DNA of 64,000 bases from Candidatus Bathyarchaeia archaeon (GCA_049515895.1 JBEKTQ010000023.1:14224-78223), one strand, 5' to 3'; positions 1-9,304 are shown, counted from the stretch's first letter. Program-made: numbers and translations. Notes: generated by a model not told the origin, from the sequence alone.

Positions 1-189
1 TGTAGCGTTATCTTGAGTAATCCCGCGAATTATTAATTGTCCAGTTTGCTTTTTTTGCAATTTTGTTTTGCTCATCCTTATCACTTTCAAGACTGATGCT
101 CGACTTATTCTTTTGTACTTATACCCACTTTAGTTTAAAAAATAGCACTTATATGCACCGCAAAAAATTAGAACGCTCAAAAGGCTGTT

Positions 190-343
190 CAATGTGCATT
201 GCGGGGGCAAAGGCCTGTCGCGAAACGGGCGCCATAGGATAAGCCAACCCCAAGATTATTTATTGCATTTTATATGTTCTGGTGATAAGATAAATCATAA
301 AGACCTTCTTCCCTCTATGAGGTAAATTTTTGGAAGCCCTTGG
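190..343. repeat. ~150-bp palindromic intergenic element, copy 1
   Basis: CAATGTGCATTG, then AAGGCCTGTC..CCATAG, AT-rich core with TGTTCTGGTGATAAG, then CTCTATGAGG..TGGAAGCCCTT; aligns by eye with copies at 2567, 3350, 4012. Confidence 0.85.
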
Positions 344-350
344 TAGCGGT

Positions 351-650
351 TTAGCGCATGCGAATGCTCTTAAAGGCGTGTTTGTGGGATTTGAGTACTA
401 CGGAGATTATGGTGCTTTGGACGCCTTTGATTTTCATGATTTTCTTATGCAAGACGTTGCGGAACTCTTCTATGCTCGAAGCCGAAACTATGGAAACAAT
501 GTCAAATTCGCCTTTAACGTCATAAATCTCTTCGATATTTTCAACCTTTTCGAGGGCATCTATGACTTGCGCTTTCTGAGGCGGATCAACAAAAATGTTA
601 ACTGAGGCCTCAAACCGACCTTGAATATTACTGGACTCCATATTGGTCAT
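351..650 (-). CDS. Lrp/AsnC ligand-binding (RAM) domain protein
   Basis: IEEIYDVKGEFDIV...IMKIKGVQST pattern; no HTH. Confidence 0.8.
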   Translation of the reverse strand: MTNMESSNIQGRFEASVNIFVDPPQKAQVIDALEKVENIEEIYDVKGEFDIVSIVSASSIEEFRNVLHKKIMKIKGVQSTIISVVLKSHKHAFKSIRMR

Positions 651-816
651 TAAAAACAGTTAAGCGGGTCAGGCAGCTTTTAGGCATTTTTGAGAACTGA
701 GGCGGGCTATTTTGCAAAGCGGAGCGGGCTAAAAGGCTTATCAATCGATAGCAAGAATTATAAAATTCCAGAAGCATCGATGTCGGTTCTTCCAAGTCTT
801 TGAGGGCTTTGGATTA

Positions 817-1098
817 ATGTCAAAAGTTAAGGGATTGAACGTAAGCTCTGCATTTTTGACACGTGTCATAGGAATTGACAAATTAGTAAAGTGTATTTCG
901 CAACAACACTTATTTCCAGTTTGGCTGCACTCACCAATTGGATGTGCCATGCCTAAGAGAATTAGAGCAGTTACATTCGTCATGTTACCTTTTGCCGTTT
1001 TCGCATGGGTGATTGGATGGACCATGTGTTTAGCAGGCGAAAAAAAGGTAACCCGGCAAAACAAAAAATCCCTCACAGTACATATTGTTCAAAATTGA
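817..1098 (+). CDS. small hypothetical membrane protein (true start possibly at MPKRIR)
   Basis: Single hydrophobic segment FVMLPFAVFAWVIGWTM followed by a basic tail. Confidence 0.35.
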   Translation: MSKVKGLNVSSAFLTRVIGIDKLVKCISQQHLFPVWLHSPIGCAMPKRIRAVTFVMLPFAVFAWVIGWTMCLAGEKKVTRQNKKSLTVHIVQN

Positions 1099-1298
1099 AG
1101 TTGTACCACGCGCTGTGCAGGTTTAAAGCTGACAGTTTAGCTGAAGGCTTGAATAGTCTCTTCGCCCGCGCTCAAAATCAAAACTTCAGTTATGGCGCTT
1201 TCCCTCCATAGAATTGGGCTTTCAGACAAAACTAGTCTTACGTTAATTCATAAACTCTTTATATTACTACTAATTCTAATTTTGGTTAGCTGTTCGCT

Positions 1299-1604
1299 AT
1301 GAATCGATCTAAGCTTGAGCGATACACTATTAGACGATCTAAGCTAGAAATGTACCTTGACCTTCTCAAAGTTTTAGCTCAGCGCGATCCGCTGAAGCTC
1401 ACCCATATTATGCATATGACTAACCTTAATTGCAGCGTGTCGAAAAAGTACCTTGACTTCTTGACTCTGCAGGGGCTGGTTGAAGAGAAGATCATTGGAA
1501 GAGAAAGAATAGTCTATGCGATCACCCAGCGTGGCGTGACAGTGCTTAAGCAGCTCAGAGAACTCAAAGAAGTGCTCCCCATCGTTGAAGAAACAGAAAA
1601 CTGA
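1299..1604 (+). CDS. winged helix-turn-helix transcriptional regulator (archaeal RRSKLE-type)
   Basis: RRSKLEMYLDLL...KLTHIM..NLN....KKYLDFL...GLV...YAITQRG. Confidence 0.85.
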   Translation: MNRSKLERYTIRRSKLEMYLDLLKVLAQRDPLKLTHIMHMTNLNCSVSKKYLDFLTLQGLVEEKIIGRERIVYAITQRGVTVLKQLRELKEVLPIVEETEN

Positions 1605-1728
1605 GCAGCGCACGCGCTCCTCTTTTTGATAAATATGAATTTCAAATTCATAAATACTATAAGTAGCCTCGATAAATATTTGTCATAAACACGTTTCTAC
1701 ACAACTAACTTGGAGGTGGGAACGAAGA

Positions 1729-2256
1729 ATGAGCGAAGTTATTCTGGAAAAGTCAAACAATGCAAAAAGGAAAACCTGTTTAATTGGACACCCAGACACT
1801 ACTCGAACACATACTCATTGGCCCGTGGCTTTTTCTTATCCAGAGGATTTAACAAATGCCTACCTGTTGGAAAACAAAAAGTCCGCGGTTTTGAAGAGAC
1901 TTGAGCATGCTCATGAAAAGCTGAAGGACGCTCGCGAAGAGATTAATGAGGCTGTTTTGGCGGCACTAGAAATGAAGGAAGCTCGCGACGATATCGCGGA
2001 CCAGATGACAGCCGCAATAGTGGCGCGAGGCGCTATCAGAAATGCCGAGATTACACTGAGTCAAGCTCAAACAAAGATAGAACACCTCAATTTTGAGCAC
2101 AGAAACGTGGACTCTAAACAAGCAAAGGAGGAAAAAATGGAATTACCGAAAAAAAACTTGAGCATTACTGCGGATTTTGTTATCGTGAAGGGTGTGTCTC
2201 TTGAAGAGAGACGTATAGAAGCGGAAAAACCGTTATACCTAGCAAGATATGAATAA
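1729..2256 (+). CDS. hypothetical coiled-coil protein
   Basis: 175-aa ORF, GGAGGTG RBS upstream, heptad-rich middle region. Confidence 0.6.
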   Translation: MSEVILEKSNNAKRKTCLIGHPDTTRTHTHWPVAFSYPEDLTNAYLLENKKSAVLKRLEHAHEKLKDAREEINEAVLAALEMKEARDDIADQMTAAIVARGAIRNAEITLSQAQTKIEHLNFEHRNVDSKQAKEEKMELPKKNLSITADFVIVKGVSLEERRIEAEKPLYLARYE

Positions 2257-2566
2257 TCAGGTAACACGAGCAGGTCTATGCGTAACACCCTAATTTTCAC
2301 TACAGATGCCACGCATTTGTTTTCTTCGCGGTATTTTCCCTCTTTTTTTATCAGCGCGCGGTTCCTCAGCCTAAATCCAGGAGATGCGTTAGAGGGGCGA
2401 ATGGAAACAGCCGGAAACGAGCGCGTAGCCACAGTCAGAAAGGTCTGAAAGTTCCAAAAACCGCCCGAAAATCCGCAAGGGCAGAAATGTTGTCCCAAAC
2501 CAAGGCTAGGCCAGTACGCTTGGCGCCCCGAAAAATTGCCGGAAAAAAAATCGGGCAAAATCGATA

Positions 2567-2716
2567 CAATGTACATTGCGAGCAAAGGTCCTCCGAAAAC
2601 TGGTGGGTATAGAGTGGGTAAGTTTGAATTTATTTATTTGATTTTTAATGTTCTGATGATTAGATAATTTGTGGAAGGCCTTTTCCTCTATGGGCTCCAG
2701 ACTTTGAAAGGCCTTA
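2567..2716. repeat. ~150-bp palindromic intergenic element, copy 2
   Basis: CAATGTACATTG, AAGGTCCTCCGAAAACTGG ... TGTTCTGATGA ... CTCTATGGG..CCAGACTTTGAAAGGCCTT. Confidence 0.8.
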
Positions 2717-2860
2717 CGAACGAGTTACAGGGGCAAAGTTCCAATCCTTATTTGATAATACTGTTAATTCTGTTTAACTTAAAAAGAAAAACCCCTATAT
2801 CATAAATAAGCAGATGAGCTAAGTGCATGAAGCGGAAAGACTTCAAAGCTCAACCAAAGA

Positions 2861-3136
2861 ATGCAAGAGGCATTGGAGAGAAAGCAATTGGCATCATTAA
2901 AATGGACAACCGTTGACCCAGATGGAAGCCTCTTTTCAAGGGGAAAACACGATTACTATGCAATTCTCGTCCGAGGAATCCCCGAAGAACATCCTAAAGA
3001 CTGTATTGTAGAACTCTACGTGACGGATAAAGAAATGACAATTTTTGAGATTAAGGTCAGCGCAGTTAATGAAAAAATTGAGCTATTATCTATACCTTAC
3101 GATAAAGCAAGGGGACACCTATTATTGCCTTTGTGA
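2861..3136 (+). CDS. hypothetical protein
   Basis: 91-aa ORF with globular composition, between repeat copies 2 and 3. Confidence 0.55.
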   Translation: MQEALERKQLASLKWTTVDPDGSLFSRGKHDYYAILVRGIPEEHPKDCIVELYVTDKEMTIFEIKVSAVNEKIELLSIPYDKARGHLLLPL

Positions 3137-3349
3137 CAGTTGAAATCTATTTCACAAACGCCGTACTCTGATTGCGGCAAAGACCTTGAAGAATTCAAGC
3201 GGGGAGGTTAGAGTTTGCGGAACTGCGTGAAGACGGCGAACCATCCAACAGTTCCCTCTGAACCTGCCCAATCAAGCAAACGATTTACTTTTTTTAAACC
3301 TTATGCATTCAAGATACATAAAAATCGCCGAAGCGCAAACTTGCCCGGT

Positions 3350-3503
3350 CATTGTACATTGTTTGGGGCCAAAGGCCTGTCTCCGATTGAAGCCTTTAGG
3401 ATAAGTCAAATCAAAATTTATTTTATTCATTTTTAATGTTCTGATGGCAAGGTAAATTCAGGCAGGCCCCATTCTATGGGGGTAAATTTTTGGCAGACCT
3501 TGG
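3350..3503. repeat. ~150-bp palindromic intergenic element, copy 3
   Basis: CATTGTACATTG, AAGGCCTGTC ... TGTTCTGATGG ... CTATGGGGGTAAATTTTTGGCAGACCTTGG. Confidence 0.85.
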
Positions 3504-3546
3504 TACGGTCGTATGCCTCTTTCACTGCAATATTCCCATGCATATT

Positions 3547-3578
3547 ACGCACTTAAACGCATACACTTATAAGTGCGT
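3547..3578. promoter_or_regulatory. inverted-repeat operator overlapping a TATA-like box upstream of the RHH gene
   Basis: ACGCACTTA...TAAGTGCGT inverted repeat, overlapping perfect palindrome CACTTATAAGTG. Confidence 0.5.
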
Positions 3579-3711
3579 ATGTACATGTATGCTAATGTGA
3601 ATAAGTGAAATCGAAGGGACAAAAGATGAAACAAATAAGAACCGAATACAAAAGTTGGCTACTCACTTATTTCAAAAACATGTAACCAGCAAAAAAAACA
3701 GGTGACTAAAA

Positions 3712-3854
3712 TTGGACCGCATCAACGTTGACATTTCAGACGAAATAGACAAACAGCTCAGACTAAAAACCGTAGAAAGATTCGGAGGCAAAAAGGCGAC
3801 TTATCCAAAGCTGTCCAAGAAGCGGTAAAAACATGGATCGACAAAAAACAATGA
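3712..3854 (+). pseudogene. ribbon-helix-helix (CopG-like) protein, frameshifted
   Basis: AGGTGA RBS, TTG start. MDRINVDISDEIDKQLRLKTVERFGGKK continues as GDLSKAVQEAVKTWIDKKQ* if one A is added to the A5 run at 3790-3794. Absent from the ORF track. Confidence 0.75.
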
Positions 3855-4011
3855 AGCCGTCCCTCTTCAAATCCCAATAACTATCTTATAAGAAGCCTAT
3901 GCAAAAGGCCAGGGAAGCCAGTTAGCCTGGAACTCCTCGCATGAGGATTATGGGCAATCTAACTGCAAAACCCCTTTATAGAAAAGTTTCAATCTGCTGC
4001 GTTATCCTATG

Positions 4012-4166
4012 CAATGTACATTGTGTTGGGCAAAGGTCTTCCACGAATTGGCAGCCATAGTATAAGTCAACCTACGTTTTGTTTATTGTATTTTATATGT
4101 TCTGATGATAAGGTAAAACCTGAAAAGCCTTTTCCTCTATGGGGGTAAAATTTTGGAAGACCTTGG
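4012..4166. repeat. ~150-bp palindromic intergenic element, copy 4
   Basis: CAATGTACATTG; perfect 11-bp inverted pair AAGGTCTTCCA / TGGAAGACCTT; inner CCATAG / CTATGG. Confidence 0.9.
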
Positions 4167-4249
4167 CTGGCCTTCCAGATGCTAGAAAATTTGGGCAGCC
4201 AAAACCATTTTAACCATCTTATCTTTGATATTAATCAGAGGTTGTCAAC

Positions 4250-4588
4250 TTGGCTAGCTGCAATGCAGAAACTGCGCAGAAAATCCTCAGCACAGTTCCG
4301 TACGCCCAGGGTTTCCACTTCTTCATGCCGGACGGCCATTATACAGGCGAAACAGCAATGTCTCTCTGCTCTTTCCTAAGAGACCTGGGAAGGTTAGACG
4401 GGCAATCAATCAAGTTCCATTTCGAGCGCACCGACTTTCAAAAGTGGATAAGAACCACAATCGGGGATGAGGAACTTGCCCGTAGAATCGACAAATTGGG
4501 TAAAAAATTGCCAGAAGAAAGTTTGCCGCAACAGTTAACTGACATAGTGCAGAAACGAATTTCTGAACTGCAGTTGACAGATACTTGA
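4250..4588 (+). CDS. DUF5752-like protein
   Basis: ILSTVP..QGFHF....G.YTGETA.SL..F...L....SI.FH..R.DFQKWIR..IGD.ELA. Confidence 0.75.
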   Translation: MASCNAETAQKILSTVPYAQGFHFFMPDGHYTGETAMSLCSFLRDLGRLDGQSIKFHFERTDFQKWIRTTIGDEELARRIDKLGKKLPEESLPQQLTDIVQKRISELQLTDT

Positions 4589-4788
4589 GAACAAAAAGCC
4601 TGTGCCTATTTTGGAGGGGTTAAACAAAACATGCCAACCTGAGGATTCAGCTTTTCGAACAAACTCCGAGGTTCAAGAATAATCTGTTGACAGATGCAGG
4701 GTTTGCTGAGGCTCTGGAATATTTTTCCTTAGGAGAAAAGAACAAAATGCAAATGTCCTACACGAAAAAGGAATAGACGTGGAGAGTT

Positions 4789-5463
4789 CTAACTGCTCCC
4801 GCTACATTGAATACCGTCTAGAGTGCTAGTGTTTAGATTACCAGAAGAATTAGAGTAACCGTTTTGAAGGCCTGCTAGGTCCAAATTTGCGGGGTTCTGT
4901 TGGTTTTCCACATTAAGGTAAACTGAGTTCCACCAAACGCTATGTCCTCCAGCAGTGTAAACAGTTACCTTATACGCCCCGTTTCCTGGTATAGGCAACG
5001 CAAGAGTACCAGTCACGGGATTCTGGCTAGTCCCAGGCCATGGAGGCACCGCATAATTTGCCTCATAACTTTGTCCAGTATCTGACCTAACAGCGACGTA
5101 TCTTACAATCTGGTCCTTGTACCAATTGTTAACTTTAAGCCAGCTTGGATAAACCGTTCCTTGAGTGGCAGCTGCGGTTGGTGTAGGTGTTCCTGATGAG
5201 GGTGTGGTTGACAGCAGATTACCCAGAGATCCGGTAGCCACCAATATAACAACAATAAATCCGAGGACAAAAACGATTGCCAGTACAGGGCCCAACTTTT
5301 GCGGTTTGCCGGCCGTTCTTTTCATTCTGTTATTTATTTGATGAGAAGGAACACTGGGACTTACAGCGACTCGTTCGCCATTTCTAATAATTCTCGCGCC
5401 ACAATCGGAGCAGAACTTTACATCTACGCTAATTTCAGCACCACATTCTGGGCAAAACGGCAA
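4789..5463 (-). CDS. zinc-ribbon membrane protein
   Basis: N-terminal CPECG...FCSDCG, one TM helix, Thr/Pro linker, extracellular domain. Confidence 0.85.
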   Translation of the reverse strand: MPFCPECGAEISVDVKFCSDCGARIIRNGERVAVSPSVPSHQINNRMKRTAGKPQKLGPVLAIVFVLGFIVVILVATGSLGNLLSTTPSSGTPTPTAAATQGTVYPSWLKVNNWYKDQIVRYVAVRSDTGQSYEANYAVPPWPGTSQNPVTGTLALPIPGNGAYKVTVYTAGGHSVWWNSVYLNVENQQNPANLDLAGLQNGYSNSSGNLNTSTLDGIQCSGSS

Positions 5464-5570
5464 TTTGACATCCTCTTTTTATGATTTATGAGAACTAAGT
5501 GTAGAGAGAGTAACTTAAATCTTACTAATTAATATACAATATTTTCTATCTAGTATTCTAAAAATACCAA

Positions 5571-5634
5571 AGAAAAAAGGGGATTTGCGGGTGACATCTC
5601 CACTCAGAGCAGGGTTCAAATCCCCCCGATCCAC
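5571..5634 (+). repeat. tRNA 3'-end-like fragment (att-like scar)
   Basis: GGGTTCAAATCCCCCCGATCCAC T-arm and acceptor-like tail with no 5' half; homologous to 8831-8892. Confidence 0.6.
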
Positions 5635-5858
5635 TCATCCATGCATTCCGTGTTTTGTCTCAAGAATTCGCAAATTGCGGAACATAACAAGCTTGAATTA
5701 GGGTTTTGCTGAGGCTCTGGAAGGAAGAAGAGAAACAGATCTGATTGCAGCCGATAGCGAATGGAGACTAAAGCCCTCTGAGGTCTAGGTCTTTAATCAT
5801 TGCTTTGAAGGATTAAAAAAATAAAAAAGGAAGGAGGTCTTTTGCTTTTGGTCTTGGT

Positions 5859-8609
5859 TTACGGTCGTTTTCTCAGCGTTATCATTGCCAGTGCTGCGAT
5901 TCCCACGATTATGACAATTATGATTGCAATTCCAATGTACATGACGGTGGTTTGCGTGGCTAAACCGGTAAGCGGCGTGCTTGTGGGTGCTGGTGTTGCT
6001 GCTGCATTGCTGGCGTAGAAATATGTTTCAGCGGTCGATGGATAGTATGATTGTGTGCCTGCAAAACTGGCGAAGACGGTATACTGACCTGCTATGTCAG
6101 GTTTCCATGTGAAGCCGAACGAGCCGCTGGCATCGCTTGTAGTTGTGCCGATCTGTCTGTAGTTGTTGTTGGAATCGAGGACGAACAGGTCAACTTTGAC
6201 GCCTGTGACATTGGAGGGCATAGGCTGCTGCATGTAAACATACTCCATCCACGGAGTCATACTTGCATCAGAAACGCAAGGAACTCCGTGCGGAAAGTTC
6301 GCTGCTTGTTCTAGTTGGTGTGTGCCCGCAGAGGTGTCGATGACTGCCCCCGTTATCGTCACGGGTGTTGCGGTCGTTATGCCAACGCCAGTTACTTCAA
6401 CGGTTGTAGCGCTAGGTCCTTTGCTGTAGGCGTATACCTGGTTGTCGTATGCATTTTCCGCTGTCATGATGCCGTCGACAATGGGGGCAGGACCCGTAAC
6501 GTAAAAGCCCATTATACTCCATATCAGCTTTCCAGTAGTAGTGTTTATTGCCAGTTCCGATGCTCCGCGGAATAGGGGCGGAGAATACTCATGACCCTCA
6601 TTGAGGAACCACACTCCATCAGCAACAGAACCTCCGCTAAAAACCCATAGTGGCCATACGCCGTAAGGAGTATCTGAGCCAGCGTTACCAGATGCTGTAT
6701 TTGTATTCGTATACCATAAGACAGTTCCTGTCAGTATGTTAATAGCCCACATGTCTCCTCCGAAACCCATCAAGTAAAGCGTGCCATTGTCGCCGAGTAC
6801 GGATTGGTAGCCGCCAATTGCACTGTATGGATTAGGGACTGGGATTCCGCCGTTTGTACCTGTGAGTTGAAGTGGGCCCCATAGTTGCGCGCCTGTTTTC
6901 ATGCTGTAGCCATATAATGTGCCGAACCCGTTGTTTTCTTCAACAAGGACTCCCCATCCGCCTACTCTGGTATCTACTCGAGTGTAGGGTGATAGCGTTC
7001 TATTGGTTACCCATAGCTGTGCGCCGTTTGTTGAGCTGTAGCCTGCTTCAACTTCCCACCCAACATTAAAGCTTAAAGCTGTTGTAGGTCGGTCAGTCAT
7101 AAGTACCTCGCCGCTGTCGACAGTAGTGATCGAGAGGCTTCCAGTTATTGGTGCGGTATTAATGGCAGTAGCTACAGGTGTGCGCCACATTATTCCGTTA
7201 GCGAAGTCGTAGAGCCGATATAGTGTAGGTCTCCAAGACCAAGAATTTGCAGTAGTGCCTGGTATATAGCCGCTTGGGTACAGAATACACTGCGTCGAGT
7301 TCCAGAGGTTAAGTGAAGGTCCAGTGTTAGTGACCTGTGTTCCTATGATTGTTTGTGTACCAGCGGTCGAGTTAATATAGTAGCCTATCAAGTCTCCGCC
7401 TTGACTTTCCGTAAGCGTCATTCCAGTGCCGTTGATGATGCTGCAGACATATTGCCCAGTCATGGCATCAATCATGTCATAAGTGGTGCTTCCTGGGGCA
7501 AGATGGAACCCAGCAACGTTGGATGCGACAGATTGACCGGTAATGAAAGCGGGAGTTCCTGTGAACCATAGGTATGCGATAGATCCAAACTGGTTGGGGG
7601 ACACGTAATCGAGTATTTGACCGCATCTTAGACTCAGAATTCCGCCGGTGGCTGTTAGCAGGGTAGCGTTTGCAGTTGAATATCCCGTTGATGGTTGGAC
7701 AGTTGAATAAGTATCCTCCCATATTTTGCTTCCCGTGCGTAAGTCAATGGCAATCGTGCCTGCTGGAGTACCTATAGAAGTTGGGAATTCCTCGTAGTAC
7801 ATTATGCCGTTCATGATTACTGTTGCCCACTTTGGCTCGTATTGCGAAGATGAATAGTAGTTGCTTGTTTCAGATCCGCCGAATTCTCCTCCGACTAAGC
7901 CTCCGAACGCAACGGGCCTTGTCCAGATGATGTGAGCGGTCTTTGGCGCTATAGTGTATGGATTATAGTTTCCAGTAATATTGTACACTCCGGTGGTGGC
8001 GAAAGCATATGCGCTTAGCCCAAGCCAGTTCCCTGTAATGGTAGACCATAAGCCGTTCACGGATTGTACTGGGCGTGTCCAGTAATTTGTTGGAAGTGGA
8101 GTTTGCGGTAAAGATGGTACTGGCTCCTGCTGCACTGTAAGCGTTGCTGGACTGCTTGTGGAAGGGGCAAATGTATCATTGATATAGTCGTTAGGTGCCG
8201 AGTGATTTGCACCTGCTAATATATCGCCTTGGAAGTTGAGTACAAAAGTGTAGTTGCCAAGGGTAGTGGGCGTATACAGAGTATAGGTTCCTCCAGTATC
8301 GTCGGTTGTAAAAGGTCCCAGTGTTTGGGTAGTTCCATCAGGCTTGGTGACTGTCACTTTAAGATTGTGCCATCTATCTCCAAATGCTCCAGCAGCTGTG
8401 GGTGGCGGTATTTGGAGCCAGAAGCCGACGGTAACAGTTTGGCCTATACCACAAGGGTTAGGCGAGACATTAATGTAAGCATACGTTGGAATTGTCCATG
8501 GCGGTGAATGCGCATTTGCGTTTGGTATTAATGTCATTGAAGCTGTCATTGAAAGTATAAAGAATAAACAAATTGTTATAGCTGCAATTTTATTTTTTAG
8601 CATTTTCAT
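5859..8609 (-). CDS. secreted PQQ-like beta-propeller surface protein with C-terminal membrane anchor
   Basis: Signal peptide from MKMLKNK (start 8609 rather than 8771), repeated TG..lW motifs, Ig-like ends, C-terminal TM plus RKRP. Confidence 0.9.
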   Translation of the reverse strand: MKMLKNKIAAITICLFFILSMTASMTLIPNANAHSPPWTIPTYAYINVSPNPCGIGQTVTVGFWLQIPPPTAAGAFGDRWHNLKVTVTKPDGTTQTLGPFTTDDTGGTYTLYTPTTLGNYTFVLNFQGDILAGANHSAPNDYINDTFAPSTSSPATLTVQQEPVPSLPQTPLPTNYWTRPVQSVNGLWSTITGNWLGLSAYAFATTGVYNITGNYNPYTIAPKTAHIIWTRPVAFGGLVGGEFGGSETSNYYSSSQYEPKWATVIMNGIMYYEEFPTSIGTPAGTIAIDLRTGSKIWEDTYSTVQPSTGYSTANATLLTATGGILSLRCGQILDYVSPNQFGSIAYLWFTGTPAFITGQSVASNVAGFHLAPGSTTYDMIDAMTGQYVCSIINGTGMTLTESQGGDLIGYYINSTAGTQTIIGTQVTNTGPSLNLWNSTQCILYPSGYIPGTTANSWSWRPTLYRLYDFANGIMWRTPVATAINTAPITGSLSITTVDSGEVLMTDRPTTALSFNVGWEVEAGYSSTNGAQLWVTNRTLSPYTRVDTRVGGWGVLVEENNGFGTLYGYSMKTGAQLWGPLQLTGTNGGIPVPNPYSAIGGYQSVLGDNGTLYLMGFGGDMWAINILTGTVLWYTNTNTASGNAGSDTPYGVWPLWVFSGGSVADGVWFLNEGHEYSPPLFRGASELAINTTTGKLIWSIMGFYVTGPAPIVDGIMTAENAYDNQVYAYSKGPSATTVEVTGVGITTATPVTITGAVIDTSAGTHQLEQAANFPHGVPCVSDASMTPWMEYVYMQQPMPSNVTGVKVDLFVLDSNNNYRQIGTTTSDASGSFGFTWKPDIAGQYTVFASFAGTQSYYPSTAETYFYASNAAATPAPTSTPLTGLATQTTVMYIGIAIIIVIIVGIAALAMITLRKRP

Positions 8610-8631
8610 TTTTCTCCTAATCTTGTTTTGC

Positions 8632-8667
8632 GCTGGGAAGAGGCATGAAGCTGCCTCTTCTCTCAGC
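8632..8667 (-). promoter_or_regulatory. 5'-UTR hairpin of the beta-propeller gene
   Basis: GCTGGGAAGAGGCA-TGAAGC-TGCCTCTTCTCTCAGC inverted repeat between a TATA-like region and the start codon. Confidence 0.45.
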
Positions 8668-8830
8668 AGAACTCCCTTTACCCTTTTTAGTATAAGTAAT
8701 TTACCTAATTTTCTACGAGCGAATCTTAGCGAATAAGCGCCTTTTTCCATTAATAAAGAACACAAAATCAATCTAAACTTCGGTATTAATTCAAAAAAAT
8801 AACACTTGACAGACTAACTCTTAAAAATAA

Positions 8831-8892
8831 AGGAGAAGGGAATTTTGCGAGTGAAATCACGGCAGTTCTGGGGTTCAAATCCCCGATCCACA
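8831..8892 (+). repeat. tRNA 3'-end-like fragment (att-like scar)
   Basis: ..TTTGCGAGTGAAATC..GGGGTTCAAATCCCCGATCCAC, degenerate direct repeat of 5571-5634. Confidence 0.6.
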
Positions 8893-8989
8893 TAAAATTT
8901 TTTACTTCGACAATCCTTATGTTTAGACTTGGAGATTGGTTACTTTGAGGAAAAAAAGAAACACGTTAGTTTTGGAGAAGCGTTCGTAA

Positions 8990-9304
8990 TTGAACTCAAC
9001 ACCAAGTAATTCTGAAAAGATGGAACAAGAACCAAGCTCTGTTGACATATCTCTTCTGGACATCTATCAGCTCCTAAATTTGTTCGTCATGCTATTAAGT
9101 GAACAAGCCTGGCGATACATAGGATTAAGGATTTATCCAGGCACGAATGAAATAAAGAAAGATCTTGTCAAAGCACACGTCGCCATTGACTGCATAATCG
9201 CGCTTGTCGACAAGATGGAGCCTTACCTAGATGATGCAGAAAAAGAACGCTTAAGAAGGCTAATAACAGACCTTCAAATAAACTACGCGGAACAAATGAA
9301 ATAA
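8990..9304 (+). CDS. DUF1844-like protein
   Basis: AW..IGL...P.T.E..KDL..A..AID....L.....LQINY. Confidence 0.75.
   Translation: MNSTPSNSEKMEQEPSSVDISLLDIYQLLNLFVMLLSEQAWRYIGLRIYPGTNEIKKDLVKAHVAIDCIIALVDKMEPYLDDAEKERLRRLITDLQINYAEQMK

Noticed and set aside
2067-2585. 172-aa minus-strand ORF
   Set aside because: Overlaps the better-supported 1729..2256 gene and runs through the A-tract and repeat region
3215-3436. 73-aa ORF
   Set aside because: Reads into repeat copy 3; no recognisable motif
190-4166. Classical integron attC sites, CRISPR repeats or canonical ORB elements for the 150-bp repeats
   Set aside because: No RYYYAAC/GTTRRRY ends and no intI; units too long with gene-sized spacing; no TCCA..GAAAC ORB consensus and no orc1/cdc6 in the window
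5571-5634. Intact tRNA genes at 5.6, 8.9, 17.9, 54.1 and 61.5 kb
   Set aside because: Only T-arm or 3'-like pieces; no D arm, anticodon arm or pairing acceptor stem
8610-8771. N-terminal extension of the beta-propeller ORF
   Set aside because: The signal peptide begins at MKMLKNK after an AGGAG RBS; the extension covers the promoter and UTR hairpin
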